Source: Candidatus Gorgyraea atricola
GTDB lineage: Bacteria; Omnitrophota; Gorgyraeia; Gorgyraeales; Gorgyraeaceae
Direction: 5' to 3'
NCBI GenBank assembly: GCA_030765235.1
Contig: JAVCCW010000029.1
Span: forward strand, 76,939-140,938
Length of the DNA stretch: 64,000 nucleotides
This document shows, piece after piece, positions 30,716 to 40,360 of this stretch (position 1 is its first letter; each line of letters begins with the position of its first letter). The notes beneath the pieces are model-generated. The model was given only the letters and a program-made list of their open reading frames with translations. It searched no databases and was not told the origin of the DNA. A program made the translations under genes and the position numbers.

Positions 30716-31441
30716 ATGTTCACTCGATCAAATTTTGAATTAAAGGTCGGTATATTTATTTTTATCGGAATAGTCATATTATCGATCATAGTATTTTCAA
30801 TAGGTAATTTTTACAGCATCAAACGCGGCTATACCATAGATATAGTTTTTAGTTTTGCCAATGGCATAAGCGTGGGCGCGCCTGTCAGGTATGCAGGCGT
30901 AGAGGTCGGCGAGGTGCAGGATATAGAGGTATATTATGACGAGATAGAGCAGAGTCCTATGGTAAAGGTCTTTGTGTGGGTGTCGCAGAATACCTGGATA
31001 AACGAGGATGCAAAGGCAGCCATAAATACGTTAGGCCTGTTAGGTGAGAAGTATCTTGAGATAGTACCAGGTTCAAAGGATAAAAGGCTTTTGAAAAAGG
31101 GAGATACATTAAGGGGGCAGGATCCTGTATCTACGGAGGAGCTTGCAAGGGATACCAAGGAACTGGTTGCAAAGATGGAGATCATGATAAAATCAATAGG
31201 AGAGGTCGTAGGTGACGAAGAATTTCAGAGTTCTGTAAAAAATACAGTCTCTAACCTGGAGGCCCTTACAGCGGACATGAGAGATTTTATTACTAAGGCA
31301 AAAGAAGGCGACGGAACCATAGGCCGCTTTATGTCAGACGACAGCTTGTATAAAAATATGGACGAGATGATCCTGGACATAAAGAAACATCCATGGAAAC
31401 TTTTATACAGGCCGAAAGAGAGTAGGAGGAAGAAGAAATGA
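30716..31441 (+). CDS. mlaD: MCE-domain protein MlaD
   Basis: N-terminal TM helix plus an MCE domain (GISVGAPVRYAGVEVGEV). RBS AAGGAGGTG, then ATG at 30716. Confidence 0.75.
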   Translation: MFTRSNFELKVGIFIFIGIVILSIIVFSIGNFYSIKRGYTIDIVFSFANGISVGAPVRYAGVEVGEVQDIEVYYDEIEQSPMVKVFVWVSQNTWINEDAKAAINTLGLLGEKYLEIVPGSKDKRLLKKGDTLRGQDPVSTEELARDTKELVAKMEIMIKSIGEVVGDEEFQSSVKNTVSNLEALTADMRDFITKAKEGDGTIGRFMSDDSLYKNMDEMILDIKKHPWKLLYRPKESRRKKK

Positions 31442-32454
31442 CTTTAATTTTCATACGCGTATTTTTCATGTTACTAAGTATCATAGTTGGTTTTCAAGTT
31501 GGTTCTTTTGTGCAGGCAGGTGAAATGGATTTTGCGCTTATTGGCGCAGCGATTGGTTTTATTGTAGCGGTATCGATAATCGCGTTCGAATTTGTAACGA
31601 GAAAGGCGTCTATAAGGGGACTCTCGTCTGCTGTATTCGGCCTTATATTCGGACTTATAATGGCAAAGCTTGTCTCTGATACGCTTTCGCTCATACCGCT
31701 TAACCCAACAGTCCTTTATTCTTCAAAGGTAATACTTACCCTGATCTTTTGTTACCTGGGTATGATAGTCGCTGTGCGCGGCAGGGATGAGTTCAATATT
31801 ATCGTGCCATACGTCAAGTTTTCACGGCAGGATCAGAAGGATGAACTCATTATCCTTGATACAAGTGTTATCATAGACGGCCGCATAGCAGATATTTGCA
31901 AGAGCAGATTCATGGAAGGCAAGTTTATTGTGCCGCGTTTTGTGCTAAAGGAACTGCAGGCCATAGCTGATTCCAGTGATTCATTGAAGCGGGCTCGCGG
32001 CAGGAGAGGCATGGATATCCTGAGCAAGCTACAGAAAAATTCAAATATAGACGTGAAGATCCATAATGAGGATTTTCACGACGTAAAGGAAGTAGATGCG
32101 AAGATCGTGAGGCTCGCCAAGATCTTGAGCGCAAAGGTCTTTACAAATGATTATAATCTCAATAAGATCGCAGAGATCCAGGGCGTGAAGGTCTTGAATA
32201 TAAATGAACTGGCAAACGCCTTGAGGCCAGTGGTATTGCCTGGCGAGACAATGGATATACGCCTTGTAAAAGAAGGCAAGGAATACAATCAGGCAGTGGG
32301 ATATCTTGAGGACGGTACCATGGTGGTCGTGGACAATGGAAGAAGATCAATAGGCCAGAGTGTACGTATAGTAGTGGGCAGTGTGCTCCAGACAGCAGCA
32401 GGAAGGATGATATTTGGGAAGTTACCCGAAGACATTAAGAAGAATAAACGTTAG
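31438..32454 (+). CDS. yacL: PIN/TRAM-domain membrane protein (YacL-like)
   Basis: N-terminal TM segments, a PIN-like core (ILDTSVIIDGRI) and a C-terminal TRAM-like barrel. Sits upstream of ispD-ispF as in Firmicutes. Confidence 0.7.
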   Translation: MTLIFIRVFFMLLSIIVGFQVGSFVQAGEMDFALIGAAIGFIVAVSIIAFEFVTRKASIRGLSSAVFGLIFGLIMAKLVSDTLSLIPLNPTVLYSSKVILTLIFCYLGMIVAVRGRDEFNIIVPYVKFSRQDQKDELIILDTSVIIDGRIADICKSRFMEGKFIVPRFVLKELQAIADSSDSLKRARGRRGMDILSKLQKNSNIDVKIHNEDFHDVKEVDAKIVRLAKILSAKVFTNDYNLNKIAEIQGVKVLNINELANALRPVVLPGETMDIRLVKEGKEYNQAVGYLEDGTMVVVDNGRRSIGQSVRIVVGSVLQTAAGRMIFGKLPEDIKKNKR

Positions 32455-32458
32455 TCAA

Positions 32459-33127
32459 ATGAATGTCGCAGCCATAGTTCCCGCCGCAGGTAAAGGTAGG
32501 CGCATAAAATCAAAGATAGCCAAGCCACATATAAAGCTTTGCGGCAAACCAATACTTGCGCATACGCTAGTCAGGCTTTCAAAGAATAAACACATAAAAG
32601 AGATCATTGTCAGCGTCGATAAAAAACATATAGCAAGGGTCAAGAGATTCAAGATCAAGAATGTAAAGGTAGTAGCTGGAGGAAGGGAAAGAAAGCACTC
32701 CGTGCTTAATGCATTGAAAAAGGTGTCTAGCAACATAGATTATGTATTGATCCACGATGGCGTGAGACCCTTTCTTACTGATAAATTAATAAACGCCTCT
32801 TTAAAGGCAGCTCGCTCTTTTGGCGCAAGTGTTGTCGCGGTACCTGTAAAACCTACCTTGAAATGCGCTGGGAGGAGAGGCTGTGTAGCATACACGCCTG
32901 ATAGGACAAAGTTTTGGGAGGCGCAGACACCTCAGGTATTCAAAAGAGATTTAATAGAGAAGGCATACAGGGCCATTGGCAAGAAAAACATAACAGATGA
33001 TTCCATGCTGGTCGAGCTCCTGGGCATAAAACCAAAACTAGTCATGGGCTCGTACAGAAATATAAAGATCACGACAGAAGAAGATTTGAAACTGGCAAAG
33101 ATGTTGTGTAGTTTACCTCCTCTGTAG
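32459..33127 (+). CDS. ispD: 2-C-methyl-D-erythritol 4-phosphate cytidylyltransferase
   Basis: MNVAAIVPAAGKGRR is a typical IspD start. The stop codon TAG lies inside the 26-bp palindrome at 33124..33149. Confidence 0.85.
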   Translation: MNVAAIVPAAGKGRRIKSKIAKPHIKLCGKPILAHTLVRLSKNKHIKEIIVSVDKKHIARVKRFKIKNVKVVAGGRERKHSVLNALKKVSSNIDYVLIHDGVRPFLTDKLINASLKAARSFGASVVAVPVKPTLKCAGRRGCVAYTPDRTKFWEAQTPQVFKRDLIEKAYRAIGKKNITDDSMLVELLGIKPKLVMGSYRNIKITTEEDLKLAKMLCSLPPL

Positions 33128-33157
33128 GCCAGGTTTAAACCTGGCCTACAGAGGAGG
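33116..33157. repeat. 26-bp palindromic repeat, copy 5, with an extended 42-bp palindrome CCTCCTCTG...CAGAGGAGG. Carries the ispD stop codon and the ispF RBS.
   Basis: Core at 33124..33149. The arms extend the palindrome to 42 bp. Confidence 0.9.
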
Positions 33158-33176
33158 AGGGAAATAGGAGGCACAT

Positions 33177-33647
33177 ATGCGTGTAGGAATAGGTTATGAC
33201 ATACATAGATTTGTTGATGATAAGCCTCTTATGTTGGGTGGGATCGAGATCCCGCATATCAAAGGGCTTTCCGGGCATTCAGATGGAGATTCACTCCTGC
33301 ATGCAATATGCGATGCAATACTTGGGGCCGCGGGCATGGACGATATAGGCCATCAGTTCCCTAACAATGATGATAGATACGCTGGTATAGCGAGTAGTGA
33401 ACTCTTAAAAATGGTTGCGGATAAGATAAATAAAAAAGGCTTTAAAGTCGACTATGTGGATTCTGTGATCATATTGGAGGAACCCAAGATAGCGCCTTTT
33501 AAAGATGCCATGAGGCAAGAGATAGCAAAGACACTAGGGATAGCTAAGGAGAGCGTCAATGTCAAGGCAACGACACAAGAGGGTATTGGCGCGCTTGGCA
33601 GAGGCGAGGCCATAGCGGCGTATGCCGTAGCTTCTTTAGTGAAATAA
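33177..33647 (+). CDS. ispF: 2-C-methyl-D-erythritol 2,4-cyclodiphosphate synthase
   Basis: MRVGIGYDIHRF..., HSDGD...HA..DA, 156 aa. The RBS GGAGG is supplied by the palindrome arm. Confidence 0.9.
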   Translation: MRVGIGYDIHRFVDDKPLMLGGIEIPHIKGLSGHSDGDSLLHAICDAILGAAGMDDIGHQFPNNDDRYAGIASSELLKMVADKINKKGFKVDYVDSVIILEEPKIAPFKDAMRQEIAKTLGIAKESVNVKATTQEGIGALGRGEAIAAYAVASLVK

Positions 33648-33649
33648 AA

Positions 33650-35011
33650 ATGAAGATATATAATACGCTTAAGAGAAAAAAGGAAAGTTTCGAGCCCAAG
33701 AGAAAAATCGGTATGTACGTATGCGGCCCAACGGTTTACGACGCGCCTCATATCGGTCACGCGAGAAGCGCTTATGCATTTGATGTGATACGCCGGTATT
33801 TTGAATATAAAAAACACAAGGTTACTTTTGTAAGAAATGTCACTGATGTCGACGATAAGATAATCAATAAAGCGAGAGATGAATTTAAGAAAGAGGATTT
33901 AAATAGCGCGGTAAAAAAGGTCTCAGATAAATACCTCAAGGTCTATCATAAATACATGGATGATCTGGGTATCAAGCGGCCTGATAAAGAGCCAAAGGCC
34001 ACAGAGTATATAGGTAAGATGAAGGATTTTATCGCTATATTGATAAAAAAAGGCGTAGCTTATGAATCAGATGGCGATGTGTATTTTAATATTAAAAAGG
34101 CAAAGAAATATGGCAAATTGTCAAATCAGAGCATTGAGAACCTGGAGGTTGGGGCGCGAGTTTCTCCAAAAGAACACAAAAAGGACCCACTTGATTTTGC
34201 TCTTTGGAAAAAGGCCAAGGATGGTGAGCCTTATTGGGAGAGTCCATGGGGAAAAGGCAGACCTGGCTGGCATATAGAATGCTCGGTGATGAGCTCGGAT
34301 ATTTTAGGAGACGAGTTTGACATACACGGCGGAGGCATAGATCTTATCTTTCCGCACCACGAGAACGAGATTGCGCAATCAGAGGGCGCAGGAAAAAAAT
34401 TCGCGCGTTTTTGGATACACAACGGACTTTTGACTATCAATAAAGAAAAGATGGCCAAGTCCCTGGGAAATTTTATTACAATAGAAGAGATCCTGAGTAA
34501 ATATTCAGCAGACGTACTTAAGATATTATTCTTACAGACGCATTATTCTCATCCAGTGGATTTTTCCTGGGAGAGGATGGAAGAGGCGAAGAGGGCGATG
34601 GAGAGGTTCAGTATCGTGTTGGGCAGCTCCGATAGCAACAAGCGACAAGCAACAAGGGACAAGGGGGTTGAAGAATTTCGCAAGAGGTTTGAGGAGGCTA
34701 TGGATGATGATTTTAATACTCCAAGTGCACTTGCGGCGCTGTTCGATTTAGTTACGTATGTTAATAAATTAGGGACAAGGGACAAGGGACAAGGGACAAG
34801 GGAGTTGTTGGATTTGGGTAGGGTGTTCGGGTTGTTTGAGAAAAGAAAAGTCCAGAAACTTAAGGTAGAGGTAAAAAAACTCATAGAGGAAAGAAATAAA
34901 GCCAGGAAGGAAAAGGATTTCAAGGCAGCGGATAAAATAAGAGAAAAATTAGATAAAATGGGCATTATACTCGAGGATCAAAAAGACGGCACCACCTGGC
35001 GAACGACCTAA
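33650..35011 (+). CDS. cysS: Cysteinyl-tRNA synthetase. An in-frame (GGGACAAG)x4 array lies in the linker region.
   Basis: HIGH (PHIGHARS) and KMSKS (KMAKSLGN) motifs. Zinc-binding Cys residues. Array at 34772..34803, with a degenerate copy at 34624..34656. Confidence 0.9.
   Translation: MKIYNTLKRKKESFEPKRKIGMYVCGPTVYDAPHIGHARSAYAFDVIRRYFEYKKHKVTFVRNVTDVDDKIINKARDEFKKEDLNSAVKKVSDKYLKVYHKYMDDLGIKRPDKEPKATEYIGKMKDFIAILIKKGVAYESDGDVYFNIKKAKKYGKLSNQSIENLEVGARVSPKEHKKDPLDFALWKKAKDGEPYWESPWGKGRPGWHIECSVMSSDILGDEFDIHGGGIDLIFPHHENEIAQSEGAGKKFARFWIHNGLLTINKEKMAKSLGNFITIEEILSKYSADVLKILFLQTHYSHPVDFSWERMEEAKRAMERFSIVLGSSDSNKRQATRDKGVEEFRKRFEEAMDDDFNTPSALAALFDLVTYVNKLGTRDKGQGTRELLDLGRVFGLFEKRKVQKLKVEVKKLIEERNKARKEKDFKAADKIREKLDKMGIILEDQKDGTTWRTT
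34772..34803. repeat. Tandem 8-mer array (GGGACAAG)x4 in-frame in cysS. A degenerate array lies upstream at 34624..34656.
   Basis: GGGACAAGGGACAAGGGACAAGGGACAAGGGA. Confidence 0.85.
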
Positions 35012-35077
35012 CTTTACTTGGCAAGGCTGGACCTCGGCTTTTTTAAAAAAGCCGAGGTCCAGCCTTGCCAAGTAAAG
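35009..35077. terminator. Second copy of the identical 29-bp-stem hairpin, between cysS and tmk (same strand)
   Basis: Same stem sequence as 9139..9209. The loop is TTTTTTAAAAAA. Confidence 0.7.
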
Positions 35078-35093
35078 TTAGGTTAAGGGGATC

Positions 35094-35714
35094 ATGAATA
35101 AGCGGGGATTGTTCATCACATTCGAAGGGCCGGAAGGGAGTGGTAAGAGTACACATTCTAAGCTCTTGTGTGATTTTTTGAGGGAAAAAGGTCATAAGGT
35201 TTTATATACCAGGGAGCCGGGCGGCACGCTTATCAGTGAAAAGATACGCAAGGTATTGCTGGACCCCAAGAATAAAGGCATGGATGTAGCATGTGAGATG
35301 CTTTTATATATTGCCGCGAGGGCGCAGATCATAAAGGAAAAGATCTTACCCGCGTTAAAGAGAGGCGAGATCGTAGTCTGTGATAGATTTACAGATGCTA
35401 CGCTTGTTTATCAGGGATATGCAGGAGGAATTGATTTAAAGACCATAAAGGACATAAATACGATTGCTACAAAGGGTATATCTCCTGAAGTTACTTTTTT
35501 ATTGGACATAGAGGCGAAAAAGGGACTTTTACGTTCAGGAAAAAATAAAGACAGGATGGAGAGAAAATCACTCCTCTTTCATAAAAAGGTCAGGCAGGGA
35601 TATCTGATGATCGCCCGCAAGGAACCGCGCAGGGTAAGGATACTTTCAGCGATAGGGGAGATTTCAGAAACGCAGGAGAAAATTAGAAAAATAGTTTTAA
35701 AGTTAATAGGTTAG
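35094..35714 (+). CDS. tmk: Thymidylate kinase
   Basis: FITFEGPEGSGKST P-loop, DRF motif. 206 aa. Confidence 0.85.
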   Translation: MNKRGLFITFEGPEGSGKSTHSKLLCDFLREKGHKVLYTREPGGTLISEKIRKVLLDPKNKGMDVACEMLLYIAARAQIIKEKILPALKRGEIVVCDRFTDATLVYQGYAGGIDLKTIKDINTIATKGISPEVTFLLDIEAKKGLLRSGKNKDRMERKSLLFHKKVRQGYLMIARKEPRRVRILSAIGEISETQEKIRKIVLKLIG

Positions 35715-35842
35715 TTGTGAGGGTGAGGATGAGTTATGGGTTGTGGGTCGAGTTGTGAGGTGTAGGTAGTGAGTAAAAACACACAACCCATCCTCACAAC
35801 CCGACACATAACTCACAACACACCCACACAACACACAACAAA
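35715..35842. repeat. Second copy of the TGTGAGT-type 130-bp imperfect palindrome, immediately after tmk
   Basis: Shares the GAGTAAAAACACACAAC centre and the CCCATCCTCACAACCCGAC motif with the 16278 copy. Confidence 0.8.
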
Positions 35843-35851
35843 ATAATAGAT

Positions 35852-36793
35852 ATGTCATTCGAAAATATAATCGGGCAAGACATAGCGGTTAATTCGCTTA
35901 AGGGCATAATCGCGCAGGATACAGCAAGGGGGAGCTATCTATTTTTCGGACCTGACGGCATTGGTAAGCGCACTGCGGCCATTGAGTTCGCAAAGGCCAT
36001 AAATCACGATGATATAGCGTCCAGAAAAATAGATTCTGGGAATCACCCGGATGTATTTATCGTATATCCAGAAGGAAAGTCCAGTTCTATAAAGATAGAG
36101 AAGATAAGAGAGATAATCTATCAGGCGAGCCTGAAGCCGTATGAGGCAAAGAAAAGGATCTTTATCATAAGCGATGCAGAGGCCATGACCCTGGAGGCGC
36201 AGAATGCGCTTTTAAAGCTTCTGGAGGAGCCGCCGCAGAATCATATATTGATATTGACCAGCTCTAATGCCGCAGCGCTACTCCCTACGGTTTTATCGAG
36301 ATGCAAGGTCGTGAAGTTTTATTCTCTTAGCCAGAGTAGAATTCAGGAATTTCTTGAGGCGCGGAACATGGAAGAAAAAGAGGCTGTGCTATTTTCGCAT
36401 ATGGCAATGGGTAGCCTTGGCAGGGCAATGGAGCTCAAGGAAGGGGATATTATTGCGCGACGCGACCAGGTCGTGAATGATTTTTTCTTGAGAAAGAGCG
36501 CGCTTTTAAAAGAAAATGTTTTATCAGGGGATTTGCTAAAGAATATCGGCCAGTCTCTATATATGCTTTTGTGCTGGTACAGGGATCTATTGGTGTCAAA
36601 ATTTACACAGGCACCTGACGAATTATTAAATGCGGATCGTTCACGCGAGATCTTTTCGTACGCGTCCAGGTTTTCAAGAGAGAAATTACAGAAAGATGTC
36701 TTGGCCATAATGAAGACAATAGGCCATGTGAGAGCGAATGTAAATCCAAAAATAGCGCTTTTCAATTTAGCAGTGGAACTGAAACGAGGTTAA
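35852..36793 (+). CDS. holB: DNA polymerase III delta-prime subunit
   Basis: AAA+-like YLFFGPDGIGKRT. Follows tmk, as is conserved. Confidence 0.7.
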   Translation: MSFENIIGQDIAVNSLKGIIAQDTARGSYLFFGPDGIGKRTAAIEFAKAINHDDIASRKIDSGNHPDVFIVYPEGKSSSIKIEKIREIIYQASLKPYEAKKRIFIISDAEAMTLEAQNALLKLLEEPPQNHILILTSSNAAALLPTVLSRCKVVKFYSLSQSRIQEFLEARNMEEKEAVLFSHMAMGSLGRAMELKEGDIIARRDQVVNDFFLRKSALLKENVLSGDLLKNIGQSLYMLLCWYRDLLVSKFTQAPDELLNADRSREIFSYASRFSREKLQKDVLAIMKTIGHVRANVNPKIALFNLAVELKRG

Positions 36794-36794
36794 C

Positions 36795-37580
36795 GTGAAG
36801 GAAGTGATTCAAGTCAGATTAAGAGAGGCAGGTATTACCTTATATTATGAACCCAATGATATGAAGCCGAAGGTGGGGGACTATGTGATCGTCGGAGTTG
36901 AAAGGGGTCAGGATTATGCTCAGGTGATAAGCGTGCCAGAGAGCATTTCAGAGGACAAGCTTAAAAAACCATTGAAGAAAATTGTGCGCATAGCTACAAA
37001 GGATGATATGGAGCGCATAAATGAAAACAAGAAGCGGATCAAGTACGCGTCCCAGACATGCACCAGAAAGATCCAGGAACGCAAGCTTGATATGAAGCTG
37101 ATCAATGTGGAATATTCCTTTGACAGGACAAAGCTTATTTTTTATTTTACCTCTGAAGGCAGGGTGGATTTCAGGGAGCTTGTAAAGGACCTGGCCCATA
37201 TATTTAAGGTAAGGATAGAGTTGAGGCAGGTAGGCGTCAGGGATGAGGCAAGGATGCTGGGCGGGTTCGGGCATTGCGGCCGGCCTCTGTGCTGCTCTAG
37301 TTTTTTAAAGGGTTTTGAGCCAGTGACGATAAGGATGGCAAAGGAACAGAATCTTCCGCTCAATCCTTCAAAGATCTCAGGCTGTTGCGGCAGGCTCATG
37401 TGTTGCCTGGGATATGAATATCAGAATTATAAGAAGTATCTAAAAGGACTCCCAAAAGAAGGCGAAAAGATAAAGACAAAGCATGGCAAGGGCAGGGTAG
37501 TAAGTGTAAACGCCTTAAGGCGCAAGGTAACTGTTGAACTGGAGGAAGGAAAGCATATAGAGTTAGATTACAATAAATGA
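36795..37580 (+). CDS. ricT: PSP1-domain protein (RicT/YaaT family)
   Basis: Conserved PSP1 C-terminal region with Cys-rich GHCGRPLCCSSFL...CCGRLMCCL. Firmicute-like tmk-holB-ricT synteny. Confidence 0.75.
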   Translation: MKEVIQVRLREAGITLYYEPNDMKPKVGDYVIVGVERGQDYAQVISVPESISEDKLKKPLKKIVRIATKDDMERINENKKRIKYASQTCTRKIQERKLDMKLINVEYSFDRTKLIFYFTSEGRVDFRELVKDLAHIFKVRIELRQVGVRDEARMLGGFGHCGRPLCCSSFLKGFEPVTIRMAKEQNLPLNPSKISGCCGRLMCCLGYEYQNYKKYLKGLPKEGEKIKTKHGKGRVVSVNALRRKVTVELEEGKHIELDYNK

Positions 37581-37702
37581 AATCCCAAATCCAAATACTA
37601 CCAAATCCCAAATAAATCCCAATTTCAAAATCCCAAAATTGGGATTTGGGATTTTGGATTTATTTGGTAGTATTGGTATTATTGGTAGTATTGGGATTTA
37701 TT
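37581..37702. repeat. About 120-bp imperfect palindrome of CCCAAAT/ATTTGGG units (centre CCCAAAATTGGG) between ricT and metG. Shares an identical 29-mer with the greA-upstream element.
   Basis: GATTTATTTGGTAGTATTGGTATTATTGG occurs at 37657..37685 and again at 47326..47354. Confidence 0.8.
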
Positions 37703-37708
37703 AAAATT

Positions 37709-39193
37709 ATGAGAAAATTTTATATCACCACCCCCCTATATTACGTAAACGGTAATCCGCACATCGGGCATTCCTATACTAACATTGCCTGTGATGTGCT
37801 TGCCAGGTTCAGACGACTGCAAGGCGACGAAGTATTATTTGCCACAGGTACTGATGAGCATGGTCAGAAGATACAGGACTCAGCCAGTGAAAAAGGCATG
37901 GAGCCGAGGGCGTTTGTGGATAGCGTGGTGCCAAGGTTCAAGGATCTGTGGAAGCAGCTTAATATCTCATACGATGATTTTATCCGGACTACAGAGCCCA
38001 GACACGAAGAGGTGGTCAAAAAGATACTCGAGATGTTGCATAAGAATGGGGATCTCTATGAAGGCGAGTACAGCGGGTGGTATTGCACCCCGTGCGAAAG
38101 TTTTTGGACAGGGGCGCAGCTCATAGAGGAGAAGTGCCCTGACTGCAAGCGTCAGGTAGAACACATAAAAGAGAAGAATTTCTTTTTCAAGCTCTCCAAG
38201 TATCAGGGTTGGCTCGTAGATTACATTAATTCGCACGAAGATTTTATATTACCTGTTATAAGACGCAATGAGGTCTTAAGTTTTTTAAAAAACCCTTTGA
38301 ATGACCTGTGTGTCTCAAGGCCAAAATCAAGGCTTTCATGGGGAGTGGCAATGCCTTTTAGCGAAGACCATGTCACATATGTGTGGTTTGACGCGCTCAT
38401 AAATTATATAAGCGTATGTGGCTATGGCGATGATCCAAAGAAATTTAAAAAATTCTGGCCGGCAGACATACACATGATAGGTAAGGATATTTTAAGGATG
38501 CATGCGGTTAACTGGCCCATAATGCTTCATGCTGCAGGCATAGAGATGCCAAAGACAGTGTTCGCGCACGGCTGGTGGAAGATAAACGAGGACAAGATGT
38601 CTAAGTCCAAGGGCAATATAATAGATCCAAAGGAAATGGTAGATAGATTTGGCATTGACGCATATAGATATTTTCTTTTAAGAGAAGTGCCGTTTGGCAT
38701 GGATGGCTCGTTTTCGGAAAAGGCCTTGATATCAAGGATCAACAGCGACCTTGCTAATGATCTTGGTAATCTCCTGCACAGGACGCTTTCAATGATAGAG
38801 AAATATTTTGAAGGAGCTGTGCCTAAAAGGACGCGGAATGTTGATGAGCTTAGTAAATCTCTTATTGATAAGGCAAAGGGTTTGGAATCCGAGATCAAAG
38901 TAGCCCTGGATACTATAAATTTCAGCAAGGCGCTTACAGCCATATGGGAATTGATAAACATGGCGAATAAATTCATAGAACAGAAGGCGCCATGGAAGCT
39001 TTCTAAGGAAAAAAAGACTGACCAGTTAAAAGATATGATGCGTGATCTCTATGATGTCTTGAGCATAGTTTGCAGCGCACTATACCCGTTTATGCCGACT
39101 ACATCAGAGAATATGGCGATTCAACTCGGCCTTGCAAAGCCAGGTACCAAGATCAATAAAGGTAAACCACTTTTTCCCAGAATAGAGAAGTAA
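37709..39193 (+). CDS. metG: Methionyl-tRNA synthetase (short form, no C-terminal tRNA-binding domain)
   Basis: MRKFYITTPLYYVNGNPHIGH (HIGH motif), KMSKS. Zinc knuckle CTPCESF...CPDC. The track ORF start at 37646 lies inside the upstream palindrome. Confidence 0.9.
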   Translation: MRKFYITTPLYYVNGNPHIGHSYTNIACDVLARFRRLQGDEVLFATGTDEHGQKIQDSASEKGMEPRAFVDSVVPRFKDLWKQLNISYDDFIRTTEPRHEEVVKKILEMLHKNGDLYEGEYSGWYCTPCESFWTGAQLIEEKCPDCKRQVEHIKEKNFFFKLSKYQGWLVDYINSHEDFILPVIRRNEVLSFLKNPLNDLCVSRPKSRLSWGVAMPFSEDHVTYVWFDALINYISVCGYGDDPKKFKKFWPADIHMIGKDILRMHAVNWPIMLHAAGIEMPKTVFAHGWWKINEDKMSKSKGNIIDPKEMVDRFGIDAYRYFLLREVPFGMDGSFSEKALISRINSDLANDLGNLLHRTLSMIEKYFEGAVPKRTRNVDELSKSLIDKAKGLESEIKVALDTINFSKALTAIWELINMANKFIEQKAPWKLSKEKKTDQLKDMMRDLYDVLSIVCSALYPFMPTTSENMAIQLGLAKPGTKINKGKPLFPRIEK

Positions 39194-39202
39194 GGAGTCA
39201 AC

Positions 39203-40360
39203 ATGCGACAAATTTATTTAGATCATAACGCCACTACACCGCTTCGCAAGGAAGTTTTAGATGCCATGATGCCGTATCTTACTAGCGATTATGGCAATGC
39301 CTCGAGCGTGCACTCTAAAGGTCAGTCTGCGCTTAAGGCAGTGGAATCCTCAAGAGAGATAATAGGTAATGCCATAGCTACAGAGCCAGTGGATATCGTC
39401 TTTACATCAGGCGGCACAGAATCTGATAATTTTGCGATAAAGGGCGTTGCGATCGCAAATCTTGATAAAGGCAGGCATCTCATAACTACACAGATAGAGC
39501 ATCACGCGGTCCTGGAGTCATGCAAATTTTTAGAAGAGCAGCTTGGGTTTGAAGTGACGTACCTGCCTGTTGACAAATATGGCGTGGTGGATTTAAACAG
39601 ATTAAAGGAAGCGATAAGAAAAGATACAGTTCTTGTTTCAGTTATGTTTGCCAATAACGAGATAGGTACTATCCAGCCAATAAAGGAGATCGCAAAGATC
39701 ACGAAAAAAAATGGCGTGTATTTTCACACAGACGCGGTTCAGGCCCTGGGCAAGGAATCTATAGATGTGGAAGATCTAGGCGTGGACCTCTGTTCATTTT
39801 CTGCCCATAAATTAAGTGGGCCAAAGGGTATAGGAGCGTCATACATCCGGAAGGGTGTTAAGATCGTACCTTTTCAGGCTGGCGGGTATCACGAGAGAAA
39901 GAGAAGGGCTGGGACATTGAATGTGCCTGGTATTGTTGGTTTCGCAAAGGCCATGGAGATAGCAAAGCGCGATATGAAGAAAAACAATAAACACATGAAA
40001 AGGTTGAATAAAAAATTACTGACTGGCCTCCAGAAAGAGCTCGATGAGATCTACCTGAATGGCCATCCGGATAACAGGCTCTCAAATACCCTTAATGTAA
40101 GTTTCAGGTATATTGAAGGAGAGTCATTGATATTGAATTTTGACATGAAGGGTATATTTGCCTCGACAGGTTCTGCCTGCACGTCTGGTTCGCTGGAAAC
40201 TTCTCATGTCCTTACCAGTATAGGAGTCCCGCCAGATCGCTCGCAAGGTTCTATAAGGTTCTCATTCGGTTACGAAAATAAAGACGAGGACGTAGATTAT
40301 TGCCTGATAGAGATCCCGCCTGTAGTAAAAAGACTCAGAGAAATGTCCCCTCTATGTTAA
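39203..40360 (+). CDS. iscS: Cysteine desulfurase (IscS/NifS family)
   Basis: PLP lysine motif FSAHKLSGPKGIG. Active-site Cys loop SACTSGS. Confidence 0.85.
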   Translation: MRQIYLDHNATTPLRKEVLDAMMPYLTSDYGNASSVHSKGQSALKAVESSREIIGNAIATEPVDIVFTSGGTESDNFAIKGVAIANLDKGRHLITTQIEHHAVLESCKFLEEQLGFEVTYLPVDKYGVVDLNRLKEAIRKDTVLVSVMFANNEIGTIQPIKEIAKITKKNGVYFHTDAVQALGKESIDVEDLGVDLCSFSAHKLSGPKGIGASYIRKGVKIVPFQAGGYHERKRRAGTLNVPGIVGFAKAMEIAKRDMKKNNKHMKRLNKKLLTGLQKELDEIYLNGHPDNRLSNTLNVSFRYIEGESLILNFDMKGIFASTGSACTSGSLETSHVLTSIGVPPDRSQGSIRFSFGYENKDEDVDYCLIEIPPVVKRLREMSPLC

